DNA of 61,049 bases, the filler included. It is 6 parts of 6 records of this genome, joined end to end, with 100 filler letters (N's around TTAATTAATTAA, not from the genome) between each part and the next. Parts side by side here need not be neighbours in the genome. Positions count along the whole stretch, not along the records: positions 15,257 to 22,785 come from DRR378314_1190; positions 22,886 to 38,219 come from DRR378314_1191; 4 more parts are not named here. One strand, written 5' to 3'. Both the position numbers and the translations under genes were made by a program. Below, in pieces: positions 20,149-31,770 of the stretch (position 1 is the stretch's first letter; every line of letters starts with the position of its first letter). The notes beneath the pieces are model-generated. The model was not told the DNA's origin and ran no database searches. It saw only the letters and a list, made by a program, of their open reading frames with translations.

Positions 20149-20838
20149 CTAGCTATCTTGAAGTGCGGAAAAAATTTGATCAACGCCCTGGGCCACGTCC
20201 TCTGCCATGGCCTTTGCTGCTGCTTCGGCGTCGCGCAGACGCAAAGCGGCCAGCAGGTCCTGATGTTTGTCCGGTAGGTTGTTGGTGCCGAACCGGCCAC
20301 AAACCACGCGCAATGACGGGCCAAACCGCAACCAAAGCCGATCCACCGTTGCGGCCATGATCGGCGCGTTTGCCGCTTCATAGATCATCGCATGAAATCG
20401 GTAATTATGGGTCAGGTAGCCGCCAACATCTCCCTGAGCAATGGCGCGGTTAAGATCCTCGTCACAGGCGGCAATTGCATCAAGTGATGCTGGCGTCAGC
20501 CGCACCGCAGCACGGCGTGCCAATTCAGGTTCCAGCGTTGCACGCATAAATCCAAGCTCGTTTGCGCAATCCGGTGTCAAGACCGGCACACTGACGCGAC
20601 GGTTACCTTGGTGGGTCAGCGCCCCTTCGGCAATCAGGCGTCTCAAGGCCTCGCGCACCGGGGTCATGCCCACGCTCAGCTGGTCGGTCAGGCCCTGTAT
20701 GGTGACAGCCTGACCCGGAGCCAGATCGCCAAATAGAATCATCACACGCAGCTTTTCATAAACCGCCTGATGCGCCGGCATTTTGCCTGTATCCGGCCCG
20801 ACAAAGGGGTTCGTCGGGGTGATCACTTCCACATTCAT
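20149..20838 (-). CDS. GntR-family (FadR/FCD) transcriptional regulator
   Basis: VYEKLRVMILFGDLAPG...VGMTPVREALRRL HTH; FCD domain with NYRFH and DKH. Confidence 0.92.
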   Translation of the reverse strand: MNVEVITPTNPFVGPDTGKMPAHQAVYEKLRVMILFGDLAPGQAVTIQGLTDQLSVGMTPVREALRRLIAEGALTHQGNRRVSVPVLTPDCANELGFMRATLEPELARRAAVRLTPASLDAIAACDEDLNRAIAQGDVGGYLTHNYRFHAMIYEAANAPIMAATVDRLWLRFGPSLRVVCGRFGTNNLPDKHQDLLAALRLRDAEAAAKAMAEDVAQGVDQIFSALQDS

Positions 20839-20927
20839 TCAATTTCGCCTGTTTTTTGTCGATCAGGACCCGGCTTGTGCCAGTCTATTCAGCTTGAAAG
20901 CATAAAGTAACTTGCCGCAAGACGCAA

Positions 20928-20941
20928 AACTTGATCAAATT
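20928..20941. promoter_or_regulatory. Putative GntR operator in the gntR/potF divergent region
   Basis: AACTTGATCAAATT, 13/14 match to the same palindrome. Confidence 0.6.
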
Positions 20942-20985
20942 AAACCAATGTCGGGACCAACCCGACACACTTTAGGGAGTATAGC

Positions 20986-22071
20986 ATGAAATACCGCATT
21001 TTGGGCACCGCCGTTGTTGCCGCACTGACCGCAGGTGCATCGGTTGCCGAAGAAGTCCGCGTTTACAACTGGTCTGACTATATCGACGAATCCTTGCTGG
21101 AGAAATTCGAGACAGAGACCGGCATTGATTTGATTTATGATGTCTTTGACAGCAACGAAGTGCTTGAGACCAAATTACTGGCTGGCGGATCAGGGTATGA
21201 TGTCGTTGTGCCATCGGGCACCTTCCTGCAACGCCAGATCACTGCCGGTGCCTTTCAGAAACTGGATGCGGCCAAGCTGTCGAACATGGGCAACATGTGG
21301 GACACGATTAATGACCGGTTGAAGAAGTATGACCCCGAAGGGGCTTATGCGATCAACTACATGTGGGGCACAACCGGCATCGGTGTGAACATAAACAAGG
21401 TCAAGGAAGCGCTGGGCGATGATGCACCGGTTGATTCACTGTCCTTGGTTCTGGATCCCGCGAATATGGAGAAGCTGGCGGACTGCGGTGTGCATTTCCT
21501 CGATGCGCCCGCCGAGATCATTCCGGCGACACTGGCCTATATCGGTGAAGACCCAGATAGTCAGGACCCCGATGTGATTGCCAAGACAGAGCCTGTTCTG
21601 ACGGCGATCGCACCATTTGTGCAAAAATTCCACAGCTCTGAATATATCAACGCTTTGGCCAATGGTGACATCTGCGTGGCCATCGGTTGGTCCGGTGACA
21701 TTCTGCAGGCGCGTGACCGCGCGGCAGAGGCCGACAATGGTGTCGAAATTGAATATTATGCGCCCAAGGAAGGTGCACTGATGTGGTTCGACAATATGGC
21801 AATTCCTGTAGATGCACCGAACCCGGACGGGGCACATAAGTTCCTGAACTTCATCATGGATGCACAGAACATGGCGGCGGCGTCGAACTATGTATATTAC
21901 GCCAACGGCAACAAGGCCTCACAGGAGTTTCTGGTCGAGGATGTGATCGGCGATGTTGCGATCTACCCTGATGCGGCAACGCTTGAGAACCTTTATACTA
22001 CCTCGCCCTACGGGCCGAAGGTGCAGCGGGCCGTGACCCGTATGTGGACCAAGATCAAGTCCGGTACGTAA
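20986..22071 (+). CDS. potF: Polyamine ABC transporter substrate-binding protein (PotF/PotD)
   Basis: Signal peptide; VYNWSDYI, GGSGYDVVVPS, YMWGTTGIG, HSSEYINALANGDIC and WFDNMAIP. Confidence 0.9.
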   Translation: MKYRILGTAVVAALTAGASVAEEVRVYNWSDYIDESLLEKFETETGIDLIYDVFDSNEVLETKLLAGGSGYDVVVPSGTFLQRQITAGAFQKLDAAKLSNMGNMWDTINDRLKKYDPEGAYAINYMWGTTGIGVNINKVKEALGDDAPVDSLSLVLDPANMEKLADCGVHFLDAPAEIIPATLAYIGEDPDSQDPDVIAKTEPVLTAIAPFVQKFHSSEYINALANGDICVAIGWSGDILQARDRAAEADNGVEIEYYAPKEGALMWFDNMAIPVDAPNPDGAHKFLNFIMDAQNMAAASNYVYYANGNKASQEFLVEDVIGDVAIYPDAATLENLYTTSPYGPKVQRAVTRMWTKIKSGT

Positions 22072-22083
22072 GGTATCCAAACA

Positions 22084-22116
22084 GGGCGTGGCTGTGATCA
22101 GCCGCGCCCCTTTTTT
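22084..22116 (+). terminator. Rho-independent terminator/attenuator-like hairpin between potF and potG
   Basis: GGGCGTGGCTG-TGAT-CAGCCGCGCCC followed by CTTTTTT. Confidence 0.7.
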
Positions 22117-22143
22117 ATCTGACCAAACAGGGATGACCGCAAC

Positions 22144-22785
22144 GTGAGCCAGACCGTTTTTGCCCCTTGGGACAATCCCGACGAAAAGCCGTTGATTCGC
22201 TTTCAGAATGTCACGAAAAAATTTGGTGAATTCACCGCCATTGACGATTTGACGCTGGATATTTTTGCACAGGAGTTCTTTGCTCTGCTTGGACCGTCTG
22301 GCTGCGGCAAGACGACGATGATGCGGATGCTGGCAGGGTTTGAAACTGTCACTGAAGGGCGGATCGAACTTGCAGGTGCAGACATCGGTCCCGTACCGCC
22401 AAATGAACGTGCGGTGAATATGATGTTTCAGTCTTACGCATTGTTTCCGCATATCAGCGTCTGGGAAAACATCGCCTTTGGCCTGCGCCGCGACAAGAAA
22501 AGCAAGGCAGAGATTGAAGCGCGGGTGGAAGAGATGCTCAAGCTGGTGCGGCTTGAGAAATTTGCCCACCGCAAACCACATCAGATTTCTGGTGGCCAAC
22601 GGCAACGGGTTGCGCTGGCGCGTTCCTTGGCCAAGGCCCCGAAGCTGTTGTTGCTGGATGAACCGCTTGGCGCTCTGGATAAGAAATTGCGGCAGGAAAC
22701 CCAGTTTGAACTGATGGACATTCAGGAAACCACTGGCACAACATTTGTGATCGTCACCCATGATCAGGAAGAGGCAATGACCGTC
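22144..22785 (+). CDS. potG: Polyamine ABC transporter ATP-binding protein (PotG/PotA), 3'-truncated
   Basis: Walker A GPSGCGKT, signature ISGGQRQR, Walker B LLLLDEP and H-loop VTHDQEEA. Confidence 0.9.
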
Positions 22786-22885
22786 NNNNNNNNNNNNNNN
22801 NNNNNNNNNNNNNNNNNNNNNNNNNNNNNTTAATTAATTAANNNNNNNNNNNNNNNNNNNNNNNNNNNNNNNNNNNNNNNNNNNN
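22786..22885. other. Artificial contig spacer
   Basis: 44 N + TTAATTAATTAA + 44 N. Confidence 0.99.
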
Positions 22886-22985
22886 ACAAACAAAAGCAAA
22901 CAAACAAACGAAAACGAAAACGAAAACGAAAACCAAAACGAAAACCAAAACGAAAACCAAAACCAAAATAAAATCAAAAACAACA
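22886..22985. repeat. Degenerate (AAAAC[G/C])n / (AAAC)n simple repeat at contig start
   Basis: Direct reading; probably lies inside an intron of the methyltransferase gene. Confidence 0.9.
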
Positions 22986-23164
22986 CCAGTCTTACTTGCT
23001 CACAGCGCTAGCGCGACGCGTGCGCGTGGCTTCCGGATGTAGCTGATGCGTCTATTGCGTCGCGAACGAGTAGCACATCTCTCGCCTATTCCGATTATCA
23101 ACACCTTTGCGGCCCGGGGATTCCCCAAGGAATACTCGTATTCACTTGCATCCCACTCACGCAC

Positions 23165-25741
23165 CTCTTGCAGCTGCTTTCTCTCGCGCTCTGTGAGGGC
23201 ATCGCGCATGAAAAAGTCCTCAATATACATGCAACCATCCTTTTGGAAGGAAGGTCGGGATAGGAACCGCGGATATCGCACAGGGAAAGCAGGAGGGGAA
23301 TAGTGAGCGGCAGCAGCATCGCACATCGGCAAGCGATCTCTGCGAGACTGCGGCGAACGAGAACAAGCTTGTCCGCCGCACTGCTTGCGAACACAGCACA
23401 GATCTTCCTTCGAGTAGGGGGACTGGCGCACGCATATTCGATAGTCGCGTAGAATTTTGATATTGTATTCAGCGCGCGAGAGGGTTAGAATTTCTTTTTT
23501 ACGTACGCCGAGCGCACCCAGGAAGCGATTGGTTGGTTGCGCATGACGGTAGCAGCGGATTCTCAACACACCTGTTTGCAGAGCTCGGCGCATTTCGCAA
23601 ACAGCGCTCTGCGATCAGAGATGTGCAGAAATACGAGCCAGCTCACCAACGCATCATACTTTCCCCGGAAACGGAAATAAAAAGGGAACGAGCACGGCAG
23701 AGGAGCAGTGAGTGCTTGGCGCGATTGCGCGGGAAGCCTTGGGATCTACGCCTGGTCGTCGGGCAGTGGCGTGCATGCTTGCGCACGCGACAGCTCTGGA
23801 AGCGCCTCGTCGCCGCCATTTGTTTGCAACACGGAAGAAAAGAGCAAGACACAGCGATAGTCAACTTCACAAAGTTGACATCGTGTCTGTTTCTTGCCGG
23901 CGCTTTTCTGATCTGTCCATGGCAAGAATGTCTCAGCATGCAGTGCGTGGCAAATCGACAGGCAAGTGCGTCGCCGCCAGCACGTGCTTTTGCGGCTGCG
24001 TGCCTTGTCGGGCAGCTCCGTACCTGTTCGGATGGCACAAACTGGAGCACATCGCCACATCTGTGCGACACAAGATTCTCGAGATTGCATCTCTTTGTGA
24101 GGTATTCTCCTGTTTCATGGAGGTCACTCTGCAAAGGGGGCATGCAATGCGCGAGCGCTGGCGTGAGGAACCGTTGGCTTGAAGTGCAGGGCTTCTGTAG
24201 CTGGACGCGGCTGTGGCATGCACCCAGCGCGACGAAACAGGTTTCGAGTTGTGGCTGGAGACCAGCCTCTGGCGAGAAGCTCTGCCGAAGGCACAAAACT
24301 GATATGCATGGTATGTATGCATGTCGGGAAGTATGGGTTGCACCTACGCGGATCATTCATGTGGCAAGAGTTTGCCAAGCGGCTCGCGGCAGACGCGTGC
24401 AGCTCGCTTCTGCCGGCGTGCGACAAGTGTGCGCGCGTTTCGTGGGCCAACGCGCGGCGCAGAGCTGCAGCGCAAGAGCGCATTTTGCAAAGAAGGAGCT
24501 TCTATGCACGAACAAAGCACTAGTTTCGATTCGAGAGCCACGTAGCAGGGAACGGGGTGTGAGTACCTGGACGGAGCGCGACAGAGAGATACTAAGCCGC
24601 GTTCTTGCGCTACTGCGTGCGTTGGCACTCGCGTCGGCGGGCATCACGTGGGCGACACGCAACGTCACGCGCTTTCTGAGAGCAAACTAGGACAGCGCCC
24701 GGGGCAGGTCGCACGAATACATCGCATGCTGCAAAGCATCATAGCAGTATCGTACTTTGCATTTGTATCATTGACACAGCTTGCGAAGCCGCGCCTAATG
24801 CGTGGACGTGGTGGTGTAGCGGCATCGCCCGCGCTGTCCGCACGCACCTGCAGTTCGAGCGCCGTGACGCTTGCGCCATATTTGTCGGCAAGGTGCCGGG
24901 CCGGGCCTCTACAGCACGCCGCGCACACAGCGCCATGATTCGCGGAAATACCAACGGAAGTATGAGCGGATAAACTGTCCAGATGCAGCGTTTTTTTCTG
25001 GAATGTGCGAATGTCAGTGGCACACGGCGAGGCGGAAGGCAGTGCGAGGCAATTGCGTTGCACGTACCCGATTCCCGCGCCAATGTCGAGGACGCGGGCG
25101 CCGGCCCCAAGTTGCAGGGCGTCTGCGGCGTGGTCTACCGCCGCAGTTCCAAGATAGTGGTACTGCGTAGCGATGTAACCAGACACGCAGTGCACAAACC
25201 AAGTCAGCAGTTTATTGCACGTCTCGTTTCGTATTCGTGGTTCGCACAGGGCTCTTGGGGCTTATTTGTGTGGTTCTGCGCGGGTCTTTGGCGGCGCGCG
25301 CGCGCAGCTGCAGCCGGGCAACAGCACGCGGGTGTCCAGTGGGGGGTGCGAACGTCGGGCGTGCGACTGACCTGGTCGAAGCTCTCGACGGCAGTCACTG
25401 TGAGCGGTGCGTCGTCTGCGTACCCGGCCTGCAAACAAGCGGAGACCAATTGCAGCAAGGCGGAAGAATGAAATGATATCGACCATGTGTAGGCAGCGCG
25501 AACGAAAAAGGGCTCTCGTGGAGCGGGCGGAGCTGGCAGCGGGAAAGCGTCGCCAGCGCGTCCAGCTTGCCCTGCGCTCGACCGCCGAGGGGCGCAGTGG
25601 CTCCACGGCGGTCGAGCGCACAGCGAGACACTCCGCGGTCTGACGCACCTCGCGGAGCTCGTCCATGATGCGGTCGACTTTCTTGTAGAGCTGCATAGTC
25701 TTGATTGCTTCCGCATCTGCGGTAGAGGGTTGAGATGCCAT
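23165..25741 (-). CDS. SAM-dependent methyltransferase (sarcosine/dimethylglycine N-methyltransferase-like), at least 7 exons, 3'-partial
   Basis: Spliced product: MASQPSTADAEAIKTMQLYKKVDRIMDELRE|AGYADDAPLTVTAVESFDQ|YHYLGTAAVDHAADALQLGAGARVLDIGAGIG|GPARHLADKYGASVTALELQ|SDLHETGEYLTKRCNLENLVSHRCGDVLQFVPSEQ|YDALVSWLVFLHISDRRALFAKCAELCKQ|DGCMYIEDF. Motif I is VLDIGAGIGG. Confidence 0.85.
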
Positions 25742-26910
25742 CGTCAGGACTGGGCGGCGCGCGTGTGCGTTGCGGAAGCGGGAGCAAGGGCGGGGAGAAA
25801 TGTCGTGTGCGCCGGGCTCGCGGAGCGCATGCGTGCTCATGTGCGGCGGGACTGCGGCGCCAAGGGCTCGGCGTGCGCGCAAGCGCTTTCGCCGCAGAAG
25901 CTTGCAGGCCCGCTGCCGCAGAGGGCGCCGCGAGGCTCCTGGTCCGTCCGTCGCATGCACGGGGAGCCCCACCTGAGCTGCTCTATTGCAGCTCCCGCAG
26001 CCTCTTGTGCTTCTACAAATGATAAACACAAGTTCGCTGCTGTTCACGAGATATGGTGCGCATTTGGGCGCTGCCTGTGCCGTTCGGCTTGCGTTTCTGT
26101 ACGCCGCTGCAACTCCCACGTTTCTTGTGCGTCGCCGTAGTCGTTGGCACAGGGAAATCAAGGAGAGCCCCTCCGGACGTTCTCGGGATCCTCTTTCTGG
26201 GAAGGTATTCGTGCTTTTTGTACATTCCATCCGTGTACAAAGGTTCGGGCGTGGTTTGTAGCCGTGCACAGTGCGCTGCATGTGTGGTGCACCGCGCCCG
26301 AATTCCGGGGGAGGGGTTGCCAATGGCCCCGTTTCGACTAGACCCTTGCTCCAAGGGCTGGAGGACAGACTTCCAAGCCTGGCCAATGATCAGTCGTACA
26401 TATTGCCACTGAAAACATGCACTATTTATGAGGGATGGAGGTGGAGGGTACTCGTGCGTGTCAGGAGCAGCAGTGCCAAGTTGGTGCGCCGCCGAAGAAA
26501 ACGCGCCCTCTCTTCGCAATGCAACGTGCGCGGGCCGGTGCGGATCATCAACTTCGAAATTTCAGTATACGTCCCAAGGAACATATTGCGTGCCAGGAAC
26601 ACATTCCAGAGACTGCGCCTCACAAACGGGCCGGTGACGAACTGGGAGCGACACACATAGTCGCGCTGGCGCAAATGTGGCGGCGCTTGTCTCCTGCTCG
26701 CGGAGTTGGGCGTCGTTCTTCTCCTTTTCTACCTCTTCATTGCAATGGCGGAGGAACACCACGCTGACTGCAGCGCATGCGCACGGGGTAGCTGCATAGC
26801 GTGTAACACACGCTGTGTGCTGCGCGCAAAAAAAAACAACCGCGCGCACAGAAAGGGACGGTGGCAGCGAAAGCAGCACATGTGTGCCGCCAACCGCGCT
26901 GCTTACGACA

Positions 26911-29713
26911 CTATTTATCACCTGACAAGAGCGAGAGTAGGAACAAGAACAGGTTCAGCACGTCCAAGTAGAGACTGATAGCACCGGCAATGTACTCGTC
27001 AACAGAATACCGAGCTTTAATAAGGTGTGTGTCGTAAATGATGAAGAGTGAAAAGATGATCGTTCCGAAAAGACTGTAAATGGTCCGGAAGCGGTCGGTT
27101 TCCACAATGTCGAATGCCCACTGCACGGTTGCAGCGAGGAAAGGGGAGAGGACCGCAGGTGCGCACACATTGCAATGTACTTTCTTGTGAGATATGCTGG
27201 GCGATGCGATTGACCGATTCGTCCATCATCTTCTGGATCGCGCAGCGGTCTGTCAAGCAGCGTGCCGGCGCAAGGGGTCACCTGCGCGGAAGCGCACACG
27301 TACCGTGAAAAGGCCCCAGAAGATCAATAGCCACAGCGAGACCCACAGCGCAGGGCCCAGGAAGTCAAAGTTGATCTTGCTTTGGAATGTAAACACCGTC
27401 CTACCATGGGCAACGGGTACGACACACGCCGGCAATGCGAGCACGGGAAAAAATCGCGCGGAAAAGCGGGCAAAAGAGGTCAGCAGGCAACCTGGGCCTA
27501 AGGAATAGCAGCTCGCGCAGATCTGACGATGTCGCGCATTCAGCACCACAGAGCCAAGGCTACTCACATCGCACACAGCGAGGAGGCTTGAAAGTAGCGC
27601 TAGGCGCTCGCATTTGGAGCAGCATCGCATTGCAAAAAGAAAAAGAGTCCTGCCCTTCTGCCGGCCTAGCGCACCAACAGTGTAGTGCAAGCTGCTTGCA
27701 GCTCTGCAGCAGCATGCACTGACGGCAACCGCACCGGAGCGCGGTCGCGAAAGATCTCCGCGCGTGACACGTGGTAACACCAATCGACAACGTACAGGGC
27801 AACAAAGATAACAGCAGTCAGAAGGAAAGCGACAAGCACGACGCTGCTGTCGTAGAAGCTGACAATCGTTCCGAGAATGTACGCTTCCATCAAGGTCTGG
27901 ATGGCATGGAAACCGGCATTTAGGAGCATTGAGAGGAAGTTCACACCGTGGAGTCGCCATGCGGTAGGGTGTTGGGTGCTGTCACGCGATGATTCTCAGA
28001 TATAATCGGGCTGGAACGCGATCACGTAGTGCGCACAAAGCAGCGGAAGATAGCAGACAGACGGCCCACTGCTGACCGCAGTGACATGGACAAAGACAAC
28101 GGCCACTTTTTGGTGCTTACAAACGCACACACTTGAATTTTGATACGATTACGATTGTGAATCCCTTGCGGAAGAGGAAGTTGTGCTTGCGCACAGCGAT
28201 CGCGGCGCAGGTCGCACGGCAGGCGGCTTCCTCGTCAGGGCACAAAGCCTGTGGCGGTGACGAGCCGCGGCGTGATTCGTCGCCCGCCGATGGAGGTTTG
28301 TTTCTTCTTGGACGTACCCAAATTGTGAGCGCGATGAAATTGTACGGATGCTTGTGCCGAACAGCAAAGACCACAAAGAGGAACAAGAGGGTACCCAGCG
28401 CCATGCCGATGAAAAGGCCATTGTTCCTCTGCAGCGACCCACAGCCACAACCGCGCATGCGAGTCAGGTCGGAGCGGGCGACAGTGCAGAGCGAAGCAGC
28501 GTTTGCTCGCTGCGCGCGTCACGGGAGCACAATGGCAGCTTCCTAGCGCAGCATAGTACATGATCAGTGTCATCATAGTTCACTACTGCGTTCTGTGTAT
28601 TTTTTTTGTTTGCGCGATAGTGCGACTGCCGACGACTCTCGTCCGGGTTGGCGGCACGAGCTGTTCCTCTGCTGGGCTGGGCTGAGCACGTGCGCGCTCT
28701 TACCTGCACAAAGTCTTTCGTTGCCGTATCGTAGTACATGTATAGGGACACGGCTGCCGAGAGTGTAAATTGCGCCATAAGAATCAGGTACACTTTGCGA
28801 ATGAATCCTGCAAAAAGGGCGGGGTGAAGAGAAAGGAAGCAGGCGGCGTTACTGCTGAGCGCTTGTGAGCAGCCAGCGGCAAACGCGCAGTAGATCGCAG
28901 CGGCAGACCGCACGAGTCGTGCCAGGAACAAACAGGAGGGATGTTTGCCCACGGCCCAACGGACGCAGCTTCCTTGAACCACTTGGCTTACCAATCTACA
29001 TGGAGCAATCGTTTCTAACAGACGCGATTCGATCGCATGCGCACACATAAACTACGCGAAAAAGCGTCCACAGACGGGTACGTGAAAGGAAACTTGCTGC
29101 GGGCGCTGGTCGAGCACGCGCGCGCCAGGCGTGAGCACGGAGGCCACTCGGCGCTCGTTGCCACGAGATCCGCCTGTCACAGCACACGCGAGTGCCCAAG
29201 CCAATCGGCCACAGCAATCGAGGACTCACAAAATGTTTAGGGAAATCACACGGGAATAACCGCGGAGGCGCGCCTTGAAAAAGGCGTGCGCGAGCAACCA
29301 GTAGGGGCGCCGTTGTTCACCCGGGGGCTCACCGGAGTTCGCTAGGCAGGAGTGACGCGTGCGGGAAAGGGATACTGCGTCTCCTTGTTGCTCATGAGCC
29401 GCCAAAGATGCGTTATTTTGTAGAAGAAATACCCCTCCTTGCGGAAAGGACGCGCATATATCGGTCCAAGTCAGCAAGTAGCTGGAGAGACAGCAGCGCG
29501 GTGCGCGATTGTCGTGCACAGTTGGTCGCACGTCTCTGGTCACCCGGCGACAAAAAAGGCGCCCGCGCCGTGCCACTGTCCACGGCAACGCTCTGAGGTA
29601 CGTTGCACATCGGCTTCCCACGTACGGACGTGCGTATAGCGCCTTAATTGTGGCGTACCTTCGCGCAGCCCTTCATCCAATGGTGTGAGATCCGCTTTCC
29701 CAAAAGAGCTCAT
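26911..29713 (-). CDS. Bax inhibitor-1/Lifeguard (TMBIM) family membrane protein, 6 exons
   Basis: Spliced product: MSSFGKADLTPLDEGLRE|GFIRKVYLILMAQ...|RHKHPYNF...|TLMEAYILG...|TVFTFQSKINFDF...|FSLFIIYDTHLI...YSVDEYIAGAISLYLDVLNLFL; stop TAG at 26911. Confidence 0.92.
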
Positions 29714-30390
29714 GATTTCGAAGCACACGGATGGCGATGTCTGGCGGCACGATTCGAAGCGCTAGTTGACAACGGTGGCGCCCGGCAAAGATAAGGCGGG
29801 TCGGAGGCGCGTGCGGAGGACGCTGCCTCTGCAGTGTGGCTGGGCGGATCAGAGCAGCGGTGCTATTGCACGGTAGGTCTGCTACAAGCAAGCAAGCACC
29901 GTGCCGAACCACCAAACCTAGAAACCCAGCCGTACGAGCAGCACCTTGCTGCAGAGGTGCACCGCCGGTCAGCGCGGAGAATCACAAGTGCTGCGCCTCG
30001 GAATAATTGTGCTTCCTTGTTGGTGTAGCTAGGGTAGTCATGGCTTAACTTGTGCTCAAGGAGGGAAAACGCGATCGATATTCGGAGGCTCCGGGTAGCG
30101 TACGCGCGCCGACTGCCGGACTCTGGCAATTCGTTTATGCACCTACGCGTTGGCGCTCGTTCTGGGGGGGTTGGGCGCACCTGGCAGCGCACCGTGACAC
30201 CCTCATTCCGCCGTGCGAGAAACCGATGGTAGAGCACTGTGCAAACGCTATTCCTGGCACGACGGATCGAACCGCGTATATACAATGGCTGACGGGCATA
30301 ATAGATCACCGCTAGCGTGTCATGCTTCCAGTAAGAGAACACCATGGTTTCGTTACATCTGTTTGCACAGCGCCGCGGAACAGAACCGCT

Positions 30391-31770
30391 CTACAGGCCT
30401 CCGTACTCGAGCGCTGTATCTTCTTCAATGAGCTCCAATACTCGTCGATGCGGCATAGCTGCAGGGTGTATGTACGGCAACCGACAGTGCATGATTGTCG
30501 TCACAAGAAGTGATACAAACGCAAAACGATAACGATGGAGCGGTAACCGTCGAAGCGGGCCGGGCAGCTTCGCATCGCGACAGCAGCAGAAGGAGGAAGA
30601 AACACCCGTGCTACAAGCCAGTGGCGTTGGCCGCGGCTACTGACCCTTTGGCGTAGCACGATTCGTGTCCAGCCACAAGTGCACTTGGAAAAAAAAAGGA
30701 CACTCGACGAAAACAACCTAGCGACTAGCGCATTCTTCCCTATGAGAGAGCTCGCAAAGGCAGGGCTGCCGCACGCGTTCCTTCTGTGGCAGCTTTCCCC
30801 GACAGCGCAAGAGAATCCGTCAGCAGCCCCTGCGCTGTGCTATTCAAAGCTCCTGGACGGGCAACGGCCGCTGCGTTGAGCGCACATCCCAGACGAAAGG
30901 ATAATCATGCACCTTTGGATTCCTCACATTGCCCCGCCACCTATTTTTCCAGCGTGCCCAACGTACAAACAGGCGGTGGCAAAGATTCGTGGATGGGATC
31001 GTCATCCATCATGGCGTCTTCGTCGGCAGGTCGCGGGCGTGGATAGGACGCAGGAGCGACGATCTCGTCCAGCGGTCGGTAGGGGACGAGAGCTCGGCAG
31101 GCCGCATTCTTCGGGCGCAGCAGGTTTTGGACGACAGACGGCGGCAGCGGAGGAGGGCGATTATCGTCACTTTCACTGCAACGAGAACGTTGGCGCCATT
31201 GCACGCGGTATCCACAAAGCCAGGGAGCAGCGAGAGCAGAGCCATCGTGGGCAGCGCATATTGGTCAGCGGGCGCGATTTCCACATACGCAGCGGGTAGG
31301 AGCAACCCCAATCGAGCGAGCGGCAACTTTTACTTCAGCTGCGCCGACTACGAGTGCTACGCGTACACAATGCGCTCGTATATGCCTTGGTGAAACCCTG
31401 GTGGGAGCGCCGCTCCTTCCGAGAACCGAGGGTAGCGTTCAACCGCCATTTGGGAGGAGAAGGGCACCTTCCGACGTACGCGAAAACGCAACGCGCGCGT
31501 CCGCACCGAGAATATGAACGGGAATTCAGCGCCCCATCTACCGCGCTGCCGATCCGCAGCGCACTCACCTGTCCTCCTCATCGCTGCTATCCGGAGCAGT
31601 AACGACTGGGGTGGGCGGAGGGGACTTGTTCTCCCTCCGCCGCAGCATCGGCTTTTGCAATGCGAACCGGTCGACGCTGTCAAACACCATCGTGTCCGTG
31701 CTATCGGTAGTGTCGTCGGATCCTGGCGGAAACTCCATGTCTTCCCATCGCGGCGACGTCGGAGAGTTTT
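30391..31770 (-). CDS. Hypothetical spliced protein, 3' part; upstream exons probably extend towards ~34950
   Basis: Phase-compatible exons 31770-31569, 31175-~30966 and a terminal MPHRRVLELIEEDTALEYGGL*. Contains LPPSVVQNLLRP...ALVPYRP, weakly reminiscent of the CCDC117-type C-terminal motif. Confidence 0.45.

Noticed and set aside
15257..22785. Bacterial island horizontally inserted in a eukaryotic chromosome
   Set aside because: Both boundaries are artificial spacers and both terminal genes are cut mid-ORF; there is no physical linkage.
22886..22985. Telomere (TTTTGG-like) at contig start
   Set aside because: Short and degenerate, and it lies within an unfinished gene; better explained as an intronic microsatellite.
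23533..24690. 385-aa plus-strand ORF
   Set aside because: No recognisable motifs, Cys/Arg/Trp-rich composition typical of non-coding frames, and antisense to methyltransferase exons and introns.
28992..29014. Mini-exon with in-frame TAG in the TMBIM gene, suggesting stop-codon reassignment
   Set aside because: Exon 1 splices directly to the GFIRKVY exon giving a normal sequence. The 3.5-kb RecQ exon contains no in-frame stops, and TAG, TGA and TAA all end genes, so the code is standard.
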